Origin: Betaproteobacteria bacterium HGW-Betaproteobacteria-3
Lineage (GTDB): Bacteria > Pseudomonadota > Gammaproteobacteria > Burkholderiales > Burkholderiaceae_C
Length of the DNA: 64,000 bases
Direction of reading: 5' to 3'
Assembly: GCA_002842205.1 (NCBI GenBank)
Contig: PHCI01000010.1
Coordinates: 28,460 to 92,459 of the forward strand
Under the pieces are notes generated by a model. That model was given only the letters and a program-made list of their open reading frames with translations. It ran no database searches and was not told the origin of the DNA. Positions 21,410 through 30,366 of the stretch are shown one piece after another. Position 1 is the stretch's first letter, and every line of letters begins with the position of its first letter. The position numbers were made by a program, and so were the translations under genes.

Positions 21410-21647
21410 GGGAAAACTCCAGAAGTAAAAACCGTTGTGGCCGCGGGCGCAGACGTCTCTGCCCGGGCGAGCTTTGTGCAGGCGCCATGACTGAATGCTT
21501 GTGGTTGTGGGTCAACGGGTGGCATGCAGGAAAGCTGAGAGAGGCAATCCGGACAAATTCGGATAATGGGGTCCATTGTAGGCGTGCGGCCCTGCCCCGG
21601 GTGGGTGCCGCCGCCGCAGCGCCGAACCCCCGAACCGCAGGATTTCC

Positions 21648-22469
21648 ATGCCCAACCGCACCGTCTTTTTCATCTCCGATGGCACCGGCATCACCGCCGA
21701 GACCTTTGGCAACGCCATCCTGGCGCAATTCGAAATGAAAGCGCGGCATGTGCGCCTGCCCTTTACCGACACCGTCGACAAGGCCCACCAGGTGGTGCGC
21801 CAGGTGAATCACACGGCCGAAGTCGAAGGCATCCGCCCGATCGTCTTCACCACGCTGGTGAACATGGAGGTGCTCAAAGTCATCCAGGACGATTGCAAGG
21901 GCATGCTGCTCGACATGTTCGGCACCTTTGTCCATCCGCTGGAGAATGAGCTGGGGCTCAAGTCGAACCATCGCATCGGCCGATTTTCGGACGCGAGCAA
22001 GAGTCAGGAATACCACGACCGCATCGAGGCCATCAACTTCAGCCTGGCGCATGACGACGGGCAGTCCAACCGCGACCTGGCGTCGGCCGAGGTCATCCTG
22101 GTCGGCGTGAGCCGCAGCGGCAAGACGCCCACCTCGCTGTACCTGGCCATGCAATACGGCCTGAAAGCGGCCAACTATCCGCTGATTCCGGAAGACTTTG
22201 ACCGCCAGCAACTGCCGCCGGCCCTGGTGCCGTACCGCAAAAAAATCTTCGGCCTGACCATCCAGCCCGAGCGCTTGAGCAAAATCCGCAACGAGCGCCG
22301 ACCCGGCAGCCGCTACGCGTCGCTCGAGAACTGCCAGATGGAAGTCAGCGAGGCCGAAGCCATGATGCGGCGCGCCGGCATCCGCTGGCTGTCGACCACC
22401 ACCAAGTCCATCGAGGAGATCTCGACCACCATCCTGCAGGAAATCAGGCCCGACCGGCTGGTCTACTGA
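21648..22469 (+). CDS. ppsR: PEP synthase regulatory kinase/pyrophosphorylase
   Basis: [29 protein letters not shown]; divergent from ppsA. Confidence 0.95.
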   Translation: MPNRTVFFISDGTGITAETFGNAILAQFEMKARHVRLPFTDTVDKAHQVVRQVNHTAEVEGIRPIVFTTLVNMEVLKVIQDDCKGMLLDMFGTFVHPLENELGLKSNHRIGRFSDASKSQEYHDRIEAINFSLAHDDGQSNRDLASAEVILVGVSRSGKTPTSLYLAMQYGLKAANYPLIPEDFDRQQLPPALVPYRKKIFGLTIQPERLSKIRNERRPGSRYASLENCQMEVSEAEAMMRRAGIRWLSTTTKSIEEISTTILQEIRPDRLVY

Positions 22470-22475
22470 GAAACC

Positions 22476-22505
22476 GAGCCGATGAGCCGATGAGTCGATG
22501 AGCCG
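22476..22505 (+). repeat. 8-bp tandem repeat (GAGCCGAT) x~3.7
   Basis: gagccgat gagccgat gagtcgat gagccg. Confidence 0.85.
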
Positions 22506-22513
22506 GCCGATTT

Positions 22514-22579
22514 GCTACTCCTTCAATAGCAAACTTCGACTATTTGACGGGGAGATCAGACCCATCTGATTCATCAATT
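22514..22579 (+). repeat. Dispersed element, copy 4
   Basis: GCTA ctccttcaa TAGC aaacttcgactat TTGACGGGGAGA tcagacccatctgattcatcaa. Confidence 0.8.
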
Positions 22580-22662
22580 CGCCCCGTGACCGTGCGGCGC
22601 TGACAGGCGATCCTTCACTTCGAGGTCCACCCGGCCACTTCGGGTTTGCACCTTTTAAAATT

Positions 22663-22691
22663 CATCAAATGCGAATGATTCGCATTTGATG
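22663..22691. promoter_or_regulatory. Fur box (perfect 14-1-14 palindrome)
   Basis: CATCAAATGCGAAT-G-ATTCGCATTTGATG upstream of a TonB-dependent receptor. Confidence 0.85.
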
Positions 22692-22770
22692 TGCTAAACT
22701 CGATCCGAATGCCAGCCAGCCGGGTCCCGGTCAGCCAGCTTGCGCCCTGCAACCTCACTGACCAGACCCC

Positions 22771-25101
22771 ATGACCCACTTCGACACCCCACACAAAAAA
22801 TTCAAGCAAAATAGCGTTCAAGCCCCCGTCAGCAGGTCATTTTCTGCTACTGACACGATAGCGTTTTCGAAACCCTTGCCGCTGGGCGCCATGCTGTTGG
22901 CGGCGTCGTTCGGAAGTTGGGCGCAGGCGCTCCCCAGTGAAGCGGACCTCCCGGTCAACGGCAAGTCGCTGCCCACCGTCACCGTGCGCGAGCGGGCCGA
23001 AGCACCCGAAGGCAAGGACGCCCTGCGCGCCACCCAGACCGGCATTGGCAAGGGCACGCAGGCGTTGCGCGACATCCCCCAGTCCATCACCGTGGTCACC
23101 GAAAAACTGATCAATGACCGCAACCTCGACACCGTCAAGGACGTGCTGCGCAACACCGCGGGCGTGACCTTCCAGGCGGCCGAGGGCGGCGAGGAAGACA
23201 TCCGACTGCGCGGCTTTTCGCTGGCCGCCACCGGCGACATTTTTCTGGACGGCATGCGCGACCCGGCCTTCTACGACCGCGACACCTTCAACCACGACCG
23301 GGTGGAACTGCTGCGCGGCTCGGCGTCGATGCTGTTCGGCCGGGGGTCCACCGGGGGCGCGGTCAACCAGGTCAGCAAACTGCCGCGCCAGATCGACACG
23401 CATGAAATCAGTACCACCGTTGGCAACCATGCCTACCGCCGTTTCACGGGCGACTTCAACCTGCGCACCGGCGAAGAGTCGGCGTTGCGGATCAACGCCA
23501 TGAAAACCGACGCCAACAACAACGGCGCGGGCTCCAGCATCGACAAGCGTGGCCTCGCCGTCACCTGGCGCGGTGGCATCGGCACCGCCAACGAATTCCT
23601 GGCCAGCCTGTACGACCTGGAGAACAACAACGGCATCCACTACGGCCTGCCGTGGATCCGCCCGAACGCCAGCGACACCTCCGCCGCCAACACCATCGTC
23701 CGCGGCCTGTCCCCCACAGCCTATTTCGGCCTGGCCAGCGATGGCAACGACGGCCGCGCCCGAATGCTCACGCTGTCGCACCTGCACCGCTTCAGCGCCG
23801 ACACCGAACTCAAAACGCAGGTCCGCAAAGGCCTGTTCAACCGCGATCAGCGCGCCAGCGCCATCCGCTTTGACGCCAGCAACCCGGCGCCCGTGGACCT
23901 CAGCAACTTCGGGCCGGAAACCGTGTTCAGGCGCGGCACCAACCTCAAGATTCAGGACTTTGATGGCGTTTACGTGCAAAGTGATTTCAGCAGCAAATTC
24001 AAGGCCCTGGGGCTGCGCCATGAAGTGCAGGCGGGCGCCGATTTCTCGCGCGAAACAAAAGCCCTGTTCGCCGCGCGCAATGCGGCGCAGGGCGGTGTGG
24101 ACCTGGTCAAGCCGCCCACCACCGCAGGCACCCCCGACGACGGCGCCAGCGTCGATGAAAACAGCCGCGTGCTGCGCCGGGCCAGTGATTTCGTGGCGCG
24201 CACCTGGGGCGTCTATGCGCAGGATCTGGTCCAGGTGGCGCCGCACTGGAAGCTGCTGGGCGGCCTGCGGCACGATCAACTGCACGGCAATTTCAACACC
24301 TTCGCCATCCCCAACAACGCGCCCGGCCCGGTCACCACCACGGCGCTGCGGCAAATCGTCTCCGTCACCAGCGAACGGGCCGGTGTGCTCTACCAGCCCA
24401 ACGAGCTGGATTCCTACCACTTCTCGTGGGGCACCTCGTTCAACACCTCGGCCGACACGTTTTCGCTCAATCCCCTGAGCGCCAACACCCCGCCCGAGAA
24501 AAGCGAAAACCTCGAAATCGGCGCCAGGCTTGACTCGGCCGACCGGCGCTTCACCACCCGCCTGGCCGTTTTCCGCAGCACCAAGACCAACGAACGCAAC
24601 ACCGATACCGACACTGCCGCCACGCGGCTGCTGTTGTCGGGCAAGCGCCATACGGCCGGGGCCGAAATCGACGTGACGGGTCGCCTCACGCCCCGCTGGG
24701 AAATCTTTGGCTCCTACGCCTGGATGCCCATCGCCAACGTGGACAAGGCGGCGTCCACCACCACCACCGTGGGCAACCGCGTGGGCGACCGCCCCGGCCT
24801 GACGCCGCGGCACAGCGGCACGGTCTGGAACACCTACCAGCTGACGCCACAGTGGCGCGTGGGCGCCGGCGTCAATTTCCGCAGCCGCCAGGCCCCGGCC
24901 GACGTGACCGCACCGGCCTGGGAAGCGCCAGGCTTCGTGACCGCCGACGCACTGGTTGAATACCTCATTAACACGCAATTCACGCTCAAGGCCAATGTGA
25001 CCAACGTGACGAACAAGCTCTACGCCGAAAGTCTGTACCGTGGCCATTACGTGCCCGGCGCGGGCCGCTTGGTCCAGCTCACCCTTGTCGCCAGTTTTTA
25101 A
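22771..25101 (+). CDS. TonB-dependent siderophore receptor (Fiu/PiuA-like)
   Basis: Signal-like LPLGAMLLAAS, DIPQSITVV, IRLRGF, RVELLRGSASMLFGRGSTGG, C-terminal Phe; followed by piuC. Confidence 0.92.
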   Translation: MTHFDTPHKKFKQNSVQAPVSRSFSATDTIAFSKPLPLGAMLLAASFGSWAQALPSEADLPVNGKSLPTVTVRERAEAPEGKDALRATQTGIGKGTQALRDIPQSITVVTEKLINDRNLDTVKDVLRNTAGVTFQAAEGGEEDIRLRGFSLAATGDIFLDGMRDPAFYDRDTFNHDRVELLRGSASMLFGRGSTGGAVNQVSKLPRQIDTHEISTTVGNHAYRRFTGDFNLRTGEESALRINAMKTDANNNGAGSSIDKRGLAVTWRGGIGTANEFLASLYDLENNNGIHYGLPWIRPNASDTSAANTIVRGLSPTAYFGLASDGNDGRARMLTLSHLHRFSADTELKTQVRKGLFNRDQRASAIRFDASNPAPVDLSNFGPETVFRRGTNLKIQDFDGVYVQSDFSSKFKALGLRHEVQAGADFSRETKALFAARNAAQGGVDLVKPPTTAGTPDDGASVDENSRVLRRASDFVARTWGVYAQDLVQVAPHWKLLGGLRHDQLHGNFNTFAIPNNAPGPVTTTALRQIVSVTSERAGVLYQPNELDSYHFSWGTSFNTSADTFSLNPLSANTPPEKSENLEIGARLDSADRRFTTRLAVFRSTKTNERNTDTDTAATRLLLSGKRHTAGAEIDVTGRLTPRWEIFGSYAWMPIANVDKAASTTTTVGNRVGDRPGLTPRHSGTVWNTYQLTPQWRVGAGVNFRSRQAPADVTAPAWEAPGFVTADALVEYLINTQFTLKANVTNVTNKLYAESLYRGHYVPGAGRLVQLTLVASF
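22797..22862 (-). repeat. Dispersed element, copy 5 (inside 5' end of receptor ORF)
   Basis: Minus strand: GCTA tcgtgtcag TAGC agaaaatgacctg CTGACGGGGGCT tgaacgctattttgcttgaatt. Confidence 0.85.
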
Positions 25102-25107
25102 AACACC

Positions 25108-25791
25108 ATGCTGCTCACCCTGCCCCACATCCTGGATGCCGACGAAGTGGCCGAAGTGCGCCAACGGCTGGCCACCGCACGCTGGGCCGACGGTCGCCCC
25201 GGCGCGGGGCCACAGGCCAAGCGGGTCAAGAACAACGAGCAATTGCCGCACGACGACCCGGCGGCCGCCGCAGTGCGCGAATACGTGCTGCGCGGGCTGG
25301 ACCGCCAGCCGCTGTTCTTCAGCGCGGCGCTGCCCAAGCGGGTGTTTCCGCCGCGGCTGAACCGCTACAGCGGCAGCACCAACGCCTACGGCAACCACGT
25401 CGATGGCTCGGTGCGCTTCATGCCCGGCTCGGGCCAGCGGCTGCGCTCCGACCTGTCATGCACGGTGTTCCTCTCGGACCCGGCCGACTACGACGGCGGC
25501 GAACTGGTGATTGAGGACACCTTCGGTCCGCGCGCCGTCAAGCTCGCGGCCGGTCATGCGGTGCTGTACCCCGGCACCAGCGTGCACCAGGTCACGCCGG
25601 TCACGCGGGGCGAGCGGCTGGCCTGCTTCTTCTGGATCGAGAGCATGGTGCGCAGCGACGCCCAGCGGCAATTGCTGTTCCAGATGGACATGGCACTCAC
25701 CCGCCTGCGCGAAACGCACGGCGACGGCCCCGAAACCGTGGCGCTGACGGGTACCTACCACAACCTGCTGCGCATGTGGGCCGACACCTGA
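25108..25791 (+). CDS. piuC: PKHD-type Fe(II)/2OG hydroxylase (PiuC/YbiX)
   Basis: [40 protein letters not shown]. Confidence 0.93.
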   Translation: MLLTLPHILDADEVAEVRQRLATARWADGRPGAGPQAKRVKNNEQLPHDDPAAAAVREYVLRGLDRQPLFFSAALPKRVFPPRLNRYSGSTNAYGNHVDGSVRFMPGSGQRLRSDLSCTVFLSDPADYDGGELVIEDTFGPRAVKLAAGHAVLYPGTSVHQVTPVTRGERLACFFWIESMVRSDAQRQLLFQMDMALTRLRETHGDGPETVALTGTYHNLLRMWADT

Positions 25792-25848
25792 GCGGGTGTC
25801 AACGAATCCTGCGCATGCAACATCACCTCAATCGCAGGGTCACTCCTC

Positions 25849-25869
25849 AAATGCGACTGATTCTCATTT
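25849..25869. promoter_or_regulatory. Fur box upstream of tonB operon
   Basis: AAATGCGACT-G-ATTCTCATTT, same pattern as the box at 22667-22687. Confidence 0.8.
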
Positions 25870-25928
25870 ATACTTCAACCTCAATCACTGCATGCGCACG
25901 CCCCGCAATTCACTTCAGGAGTCCCGGC

Positions 25929-26003
25929 ATGACCTTTCTCGCATCGCTTGGCGCCAGTCTGGTCCTGGTGGTGGCTGCCGCCTGGTGGGCGGTGCGCAAA
26001 TAG
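25929..26003 (+). CDS. Putative 24-aa single-TM small protein
   Basis: AGGAG SD 7 nt before ATG; MTFLASLGASLVLVVAAAWWAVRK. Confidence 0.6.
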   Translation: MTFLASLGASLVLVVAAAWWAVRK

Positions 26004-26073
26004 CCGCCCAGCGCCGCACTGGCCGCACGCCATCGACGCCCCTTCCCGCCCATGCCTCGCCGCCTTCTACACT

Positions 26074-26763
26074 ATGACTTTGACCCCTCCCTCCGCTCCC
26101 ATGCCCGGCTTGAACCGAAATTTTGTGATCGCCAGCAGTGTCGTGGTGTTCCACGTGGTCGCGCTGTGGGCGCTGCAAAACGGGCTGCTGCGCCGGGCGG
26201 TCGAGATGGTCGTTCCGGTGGCCCTTCTCAGTGAATTTATCGAACCACCGCGACCGAAGGTCGAGCCTCCGGCACCCAAGCCGCCCGAACCGGTGAAACA
26301 GCCCGTCGTACGCCGCGCCGTGCCCACACCCGCACCCCCGCCCCTGCCCGCGGCCGCCCCGACCCCTGACCCCATCCCGCTGGCGCCCGAAGTCGCCCCC
26401 GCACCGATCGCCCCGCTGCCCCCCAAGACGGCGCCGGTGGCCGTGGCGCCCGCGCCGCCCGCGCCACCGGCTCCGGTGCGGGTCGAGCTGCCGTCAAGCG
26501 ACGCCGACTATCTGCAAAACCCCAAACCGGCCTACCCCGCCATCAGCAAGCGGCTGGGCGAGCAGGGCAAGGTCGTGGTCCGGGTGTTGATCGGCACCGA
26601 CGGCACCGCCCAAAAGGCCGAGATCCAGCAGTCCAGCGGCTTCGACCGGCTGGACCAGGCGGCGCGCACCACCGTGCTCAAGTGGCGCTACGTGCCAGGC
26701 AAGCGCGGCGGCGTGGCGCAGGCCATGTGGTTCAACGTTCCCATTCATTTTGTTCTGGAGTAA
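26074..26763 (+). CDS. tonB: Energy transducer TonB
   Basis: N-terminal TM with His, Pro-rich linker, YPAISKRLGEQG, SSGFDRLD; ATG start 26074 inferred. Confidence 0.92.
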   Translation: MTLTPPSAPMPGLNRNFVIASSVVVFHVVALWALQNGLLRRAVEMVVPVALLSEFIEPPRPKVEPPAPKPPEPVKQPVVRRAVPTPAPPPLPAAAPTPDPIPLAPEVAPAPIAPLPPKTAPVAVAPAPPAPPAPVRVELPSSDADYLQNPKPAYPAISKRLGEQGKVVVRVLIGTDGTAQKAEIQQSSGFDRLDQAARTTVLKWRYVPGKRGGVAQAMWFNVPIHFVLE

Positions 26764-26770
26764 ATAGTCC

Positions 26771-27484
26771 ATGGAATCGCAATTCGGTTTGTTGAGTGTC
26801 TGGAACCAGGGTGACTGGGTCACCCGGTTCGTTTTTGCGCTGCTGCTGGGGATGTCGCTGGCCTCATGGATGGTGATCCTGCTGAAGGCGCTGGACATCA
26901 TGAGGTTCAAAAAACTCAGCGCCCGCGCCAACAGCTTCTGGCACAGCGCCGACTTCGCCGAGGGCCTGGAAAAACTCGGCCCCGAGGCGGACAACCCGTT
27001 CCGCCAGCTCGCACTGGAAGGCCGTGACGCCGTGGCGCACCACCGCAACACCCGGGCCCAACTGCATGACACGCTGGACATCAGCGACTGGATCACCCGC
27101 AGCCTGCGCAATTCGATCGACGCCTCCACGGCCCGCCTGCAATCGGGCCTGGCCATCCTGGCCTCGGTGGGTTCCACGGCGCCATTCGTGGGCCTGTTCG
27201 GCACCGTCTGGGGGATCTACCACGCGCTGATGGGCATTGGCGCCGCCGGCCAGGCCACCATCGACAAGGTGGCCGGGCCGGTCGGCGAAGCGCTGATCAT
27301 GACAGCGCTGGGCCTCGCGGTGGCCATCCCCGCGGTGCTGGGCTACAACGCACTGGTGCGCGGCAACAAGGGGCTGCTGACCCAACTCAACCGCTTCGGC
27401 CACGACCTGCACGCGTACTTTGTGACCGGCGCGCGCGTGACCGCGGGCAACGACGGCAACGTCGTGCCGATGAAGAAGGCCTGA
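26771..27484 (+). CDS. exbB: ExbB (MotA/TolQ family)
   Basis: GSTAPFVGLFGTVWGI, EALIMTALGLAVAIPA. Confidence 0.92.
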   Translation: MESQFGLLSVWNQGDWVTRFVFALLLGMSLASWMVILLKALDIMRFKKLSARANSFWHSADFAEGLEKLGPEADNPFRQLALEGRDAVAHHRNTRAQLHDTLDISDWITRSLRNSIDASTARLQSGLAILASVGSTAPFVGLFGTVWGIYHALMGIGAAGQATIDKVAGPVGEALIMTALGLAVAIPAVLGYNALVRGNKGLLTQLNRFGHDLHAYFVTGARVTAGNDGNVVPMKKA

Positions 27485-27497
27485 TCAGGAGATCCAC

Positions 27498-27904
<407 letters not shown>

Positions 27905-27908
<4 letters not shown>

Positions 27909-28123
27909 TGCCAACCCGGGCCATCCCGGCAGCGGCCCCGCACCCCGGCAAGCCCGCGCCGCACCCGGCGCGCGGGGTGAGCCCGCGTGAGGCCGTGGCA
28001 GCGCGGCCCGCAGTGGACAGCGAAGCCCTGCTGGGCGGTGCCCGGTCGGTGGACATCCATCATCTGGGCACCGTGTACCGGCTCCAGGCCACCCGGCTTG
28101 GCAAGCTGATCCTCACCAAGTGA
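27905..28123 (+). CDS. hemP: Hemin uptake protein HemP
   Basis: DSEALL...IHHLGTVYRLQATRLGKLILTK. Confidence 0.9.
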
Positions 28124-28190
28124 CCCTCGTTCCCCAACGGTCCGCTGGAGGCTGTGAGCGGCTGCTGGCCGTTGTGGATGGCTGTTGGGC

Positions 28191-28256
28191 ATTTTTCAAG
28201 CCTTTTAGGCCTTAAGCCCCCGTCAAATGGCGATAGTTTGCTATTAATAATATATC
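28191..28256 (-). repeat. Dispersed element, copy 6
   Basis: Minus strand: GATA tattattaa TAGC aaactatcgccat TTGACGGGGGCT taaggcctaaaaggcttgaaaa. Confidence 0.85.
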
Positions 28257-28268
28257 GTTCTGCGTGCG

Positions 28269-28676
28269 TTACAACCCCAGCGCAGCGATCCCGGCCCGGG
28301 CGATCTGTGCATCTTCGGTCGATTTGACGCCGCTCACGCCCACCGCCCCCAGGCACTGCCCGTCCTTGAGGATGGGCACGCCGCCTTCGAGCAGGCCCTT
28401 GAGGTCGGGCGCGCTCAGAAACGACACACGGCCGCCGTTGATCACGTCTTCGTACACCTTGCTTTCGCGCCGCCCCAGCGCGGCGGTGTTGGCCTTGGCC
28501 GGTGCGATGTGGGCCGAAATGGGCGCGGCCCCGTCCAGCCGCTGCAACCACAACAGGTGGCCGCCATCGTCCACCACGGCAATGCTCACGGCCCAGTGGT
28601 TCTTGAGCGCTTCGGCTTCGGCCGCGGCGGCAATGGCCTTGACGTCGGCCAGTTCCAGGAACGCCTTGTTTTTCAT
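28269..28676 (-). CDS. GlcG/HbpS family heme-binding protein
   Basis: SIAVVDDGGH, AKANTA, GGVPI, GAVGVSG, EDAQIA. Confidence 0.9.
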   Translation of the reverse strand: MKNKAFLELADVKAIAAAAEAEALKNHWAVSIAVVDDGGHLLWLQRLDGAAPISAHIAPAKANTAALGRRESKVYEDVINGGRVSFLSAPDLKGLLEGGVPILKDGQCLGAVGVSGVKSTEDAQIARAGIAALGL

Positions 28677-28804
28677 AGGGAAACCCTGTTCAGTTGACAA
28701 CGCCGCAAGGATAACGGGTGGCGCGCCGCCGATTGCCCCGTCCACACGCAAAAGTATCCATACAAAATTGCAGGCCATGCCGCAGCGCCGGTTTGGCCGC
28801 TCGG

Positions 28805-28830
28805 CTTGAACACCCCTAAAATGACCGCAT
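28805..28830 (+). promoter_or_regulatory. sigma32-type promoter of yccA-family gene
   Basis: CTTGAA-N14-CCGCAT. Confidence 0.55.
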
Positions 28831-28864
28831 CTGCCGTTTTGCAGATTCACAGGAGATGCATGCA

Positions 28865-29563
28865 ATGAACGACCGTGTACAAACCCTCGACACCTCCGGC
28901 CTTGGCTACGGCGTGCCGGCGGCGCAACGCAACAAGGTGCTGCGCAACACGTACTGGCTGCTCGCCCTGAGCCTGATCCCCACCGTGCTGGGCGCCTGGT
29001 TGGGCGTGGCCACGGGCATCACCCGCTCACTCAGCGGTGGCCTGGGCCTGATCGTCTTCCTGGGCGGCGCCTTCGGCTTCATCTATGCCATCCAGAAAAC
29101 CAAGGATTCGGCCGCAGGCGTGCCGGTGCTGCTGGGCTTCACCTTCTTCATGGGGCTGATGCTGTCGCGCCTGATCGCCATGGTGCTCGGCTTCAAGAAC
29201 GGGCCTGAACTCGTCATGACCGCCTTCGGCGGCACCGCCGGCGTGTTTTTCGTGATGGCCAGCCTGTCGAGCGTCATCAAGCGCGACCTCTCAGGCATGG
29301 GCAAGTGGCTGTTTGTGGGTGCGCTGGCCATCATGATCGGCGCGATCATCAACGTGTTTGTCGGTTCCACCGCCGGCATGATGGCCATTTCGATGATGGC
29401 CATCGGCGTGTTCAGCGCCTACATGCTGTACGACCTCAAACGCATCATCGACGGCGGCGAAACCAACTACATCAGCGCCACGCTGGCGCTGTACCTGGAC
29501 GTCATCAACGTGTTCCAGAGCCTGCTGATGCTGCTGGGCATCATGGGCGGCGAACGCGATTGA
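28865..29563 (+). CDS. yccA: Bax inhibitor-1/YccA family membrane protein
   Basis: NKVLRNTYWLL, GGETNYISATLALYLD. Confidence 0.9.
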   Translation: MNDRVQTLDTSGLGYGVPAAQRNKVLRNTYWLLALSLIPTVLGAWLGVATGITRSLSGGLGLIVFLGGAFGFIYAIQKTKDSAAGVPVLLGFTFFMGLMLSRLIAMVLGFKNGPELVMTAFGGTAGVFFVMASLSSVIKRDLSGMGKWLFVGALAIMIGAIINVFVGSTAGMMAISMMAIGVFSAYMLYDLKRIIDGGETNYISATLALYLDVINVFQSLLMLLGIMGGERD

Positions 29564-29589
29564 CGGCGCCTGCCGCGCGGCAGACCCAC

Positions 29590-29618
29590 AAAGGGCCTTC
29601 GGGCCCTTTTGTTGTTTT
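29590..29618 (+). terminator. Intrinsic terminator after yccA
   Basis: aaagggcc-ttcg-ggcccttttgttgtttt. Confidence 0.8.
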
Positions 29619-29720
29619 TGGGCTTGCCGTGGTTCGCCGGGTCCGTACCGGCGCCGCATTCTTCTCGTCTTGAGCAGGGAGATGCCCGACGAATCATTGA
29701 ATGCAGTATGCTGAAACCCC

Positions 29721-30338
29721 ATGGACGCGGCGCCCACCTCACTGCAGTTTTATTTCGACTTCATTTCGCCCTACGGTTATTTCGCGTCCCTGCGGGTAGA
29801 CGATCTGGCTGCACGCCACGGCCGCTCGGTCACCTGGCACCCGATGCTGCTGGGCGTCTCGGTCATGAAGGTCATGGGCCTGCGGCCCCTGATGGAAACA
29901 CCGCTCAAGGCCCCCTATGTGCAGCGCGACGTCTTGCGCTACGCCCGCCGACACCACATCACCCTGGGCCGCGACCCCGGCGCGCCGCCCATGAAGCCGC
30001 TCACCGCAGCGCGCGCCTGCTGCTGGGCAGCGGTGCACCACCCCGATGCGGCCAAGCCGCTGGCCCGCGCCATGCTGCACGCCTACTGGGTTGAAGGGCG
30101 TGACCTGTCCGAACCCGCGTCGCTGGCCGGCATTGCATTGCCCGACGGCATCAAGGCCGGGCCCCTGGTGAGCGCTGTCGCCGGCGAAGACGCCGCCTTG
30201 CGTTTGCGTCAGTCGGTGGAAGCCTCGCTGTCTGCCGGCGTGTTTGGCTCGCCCACGGTGATCGTGGACGGCGAGATGTTCTGGGGTCTCGACAAACTTG
30301 ACGACGTCGAGGCATGGCTGGCCTCGGGCGGTTGGTAG
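29721..30338 (+). CDS. 2-hydroxychromene-2-carboxylate isomerase / kappa-GST-like DsbA family protein
   Basis: FYFDFISPYGY, GVFGSP, FWGLD. Confidence 0.88.
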   Translation: MDAAPTSLQFYFDFISPYGYFASLRVDDLAARHGRSVTWHPMLLGVSVMKVMGLRPLMETPLKAPYVQRDVLRYARRHHITLGRDPGAPPMKPLTAARACCWAAVHHPDAAKPLARAMLHAYWVEGRDLSEPASLAGIALPDGIKAGPLVSAVAGEDAALRLRQSVEASLSAGVFGSPTVIVDGEMFWGLDKLDDVEAWLASGGW

Positions 30339-30366
30339 CCAACGCCCTGTCTGCACGCGCGCGGCG

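Noticed and set aside
21547..21564. ATCCG-N8-CGGAT inverted repeat between ppsA and ppsR
   Set aside because: The arms are only 5 bp and there is no second copy; too weak to call an operator.
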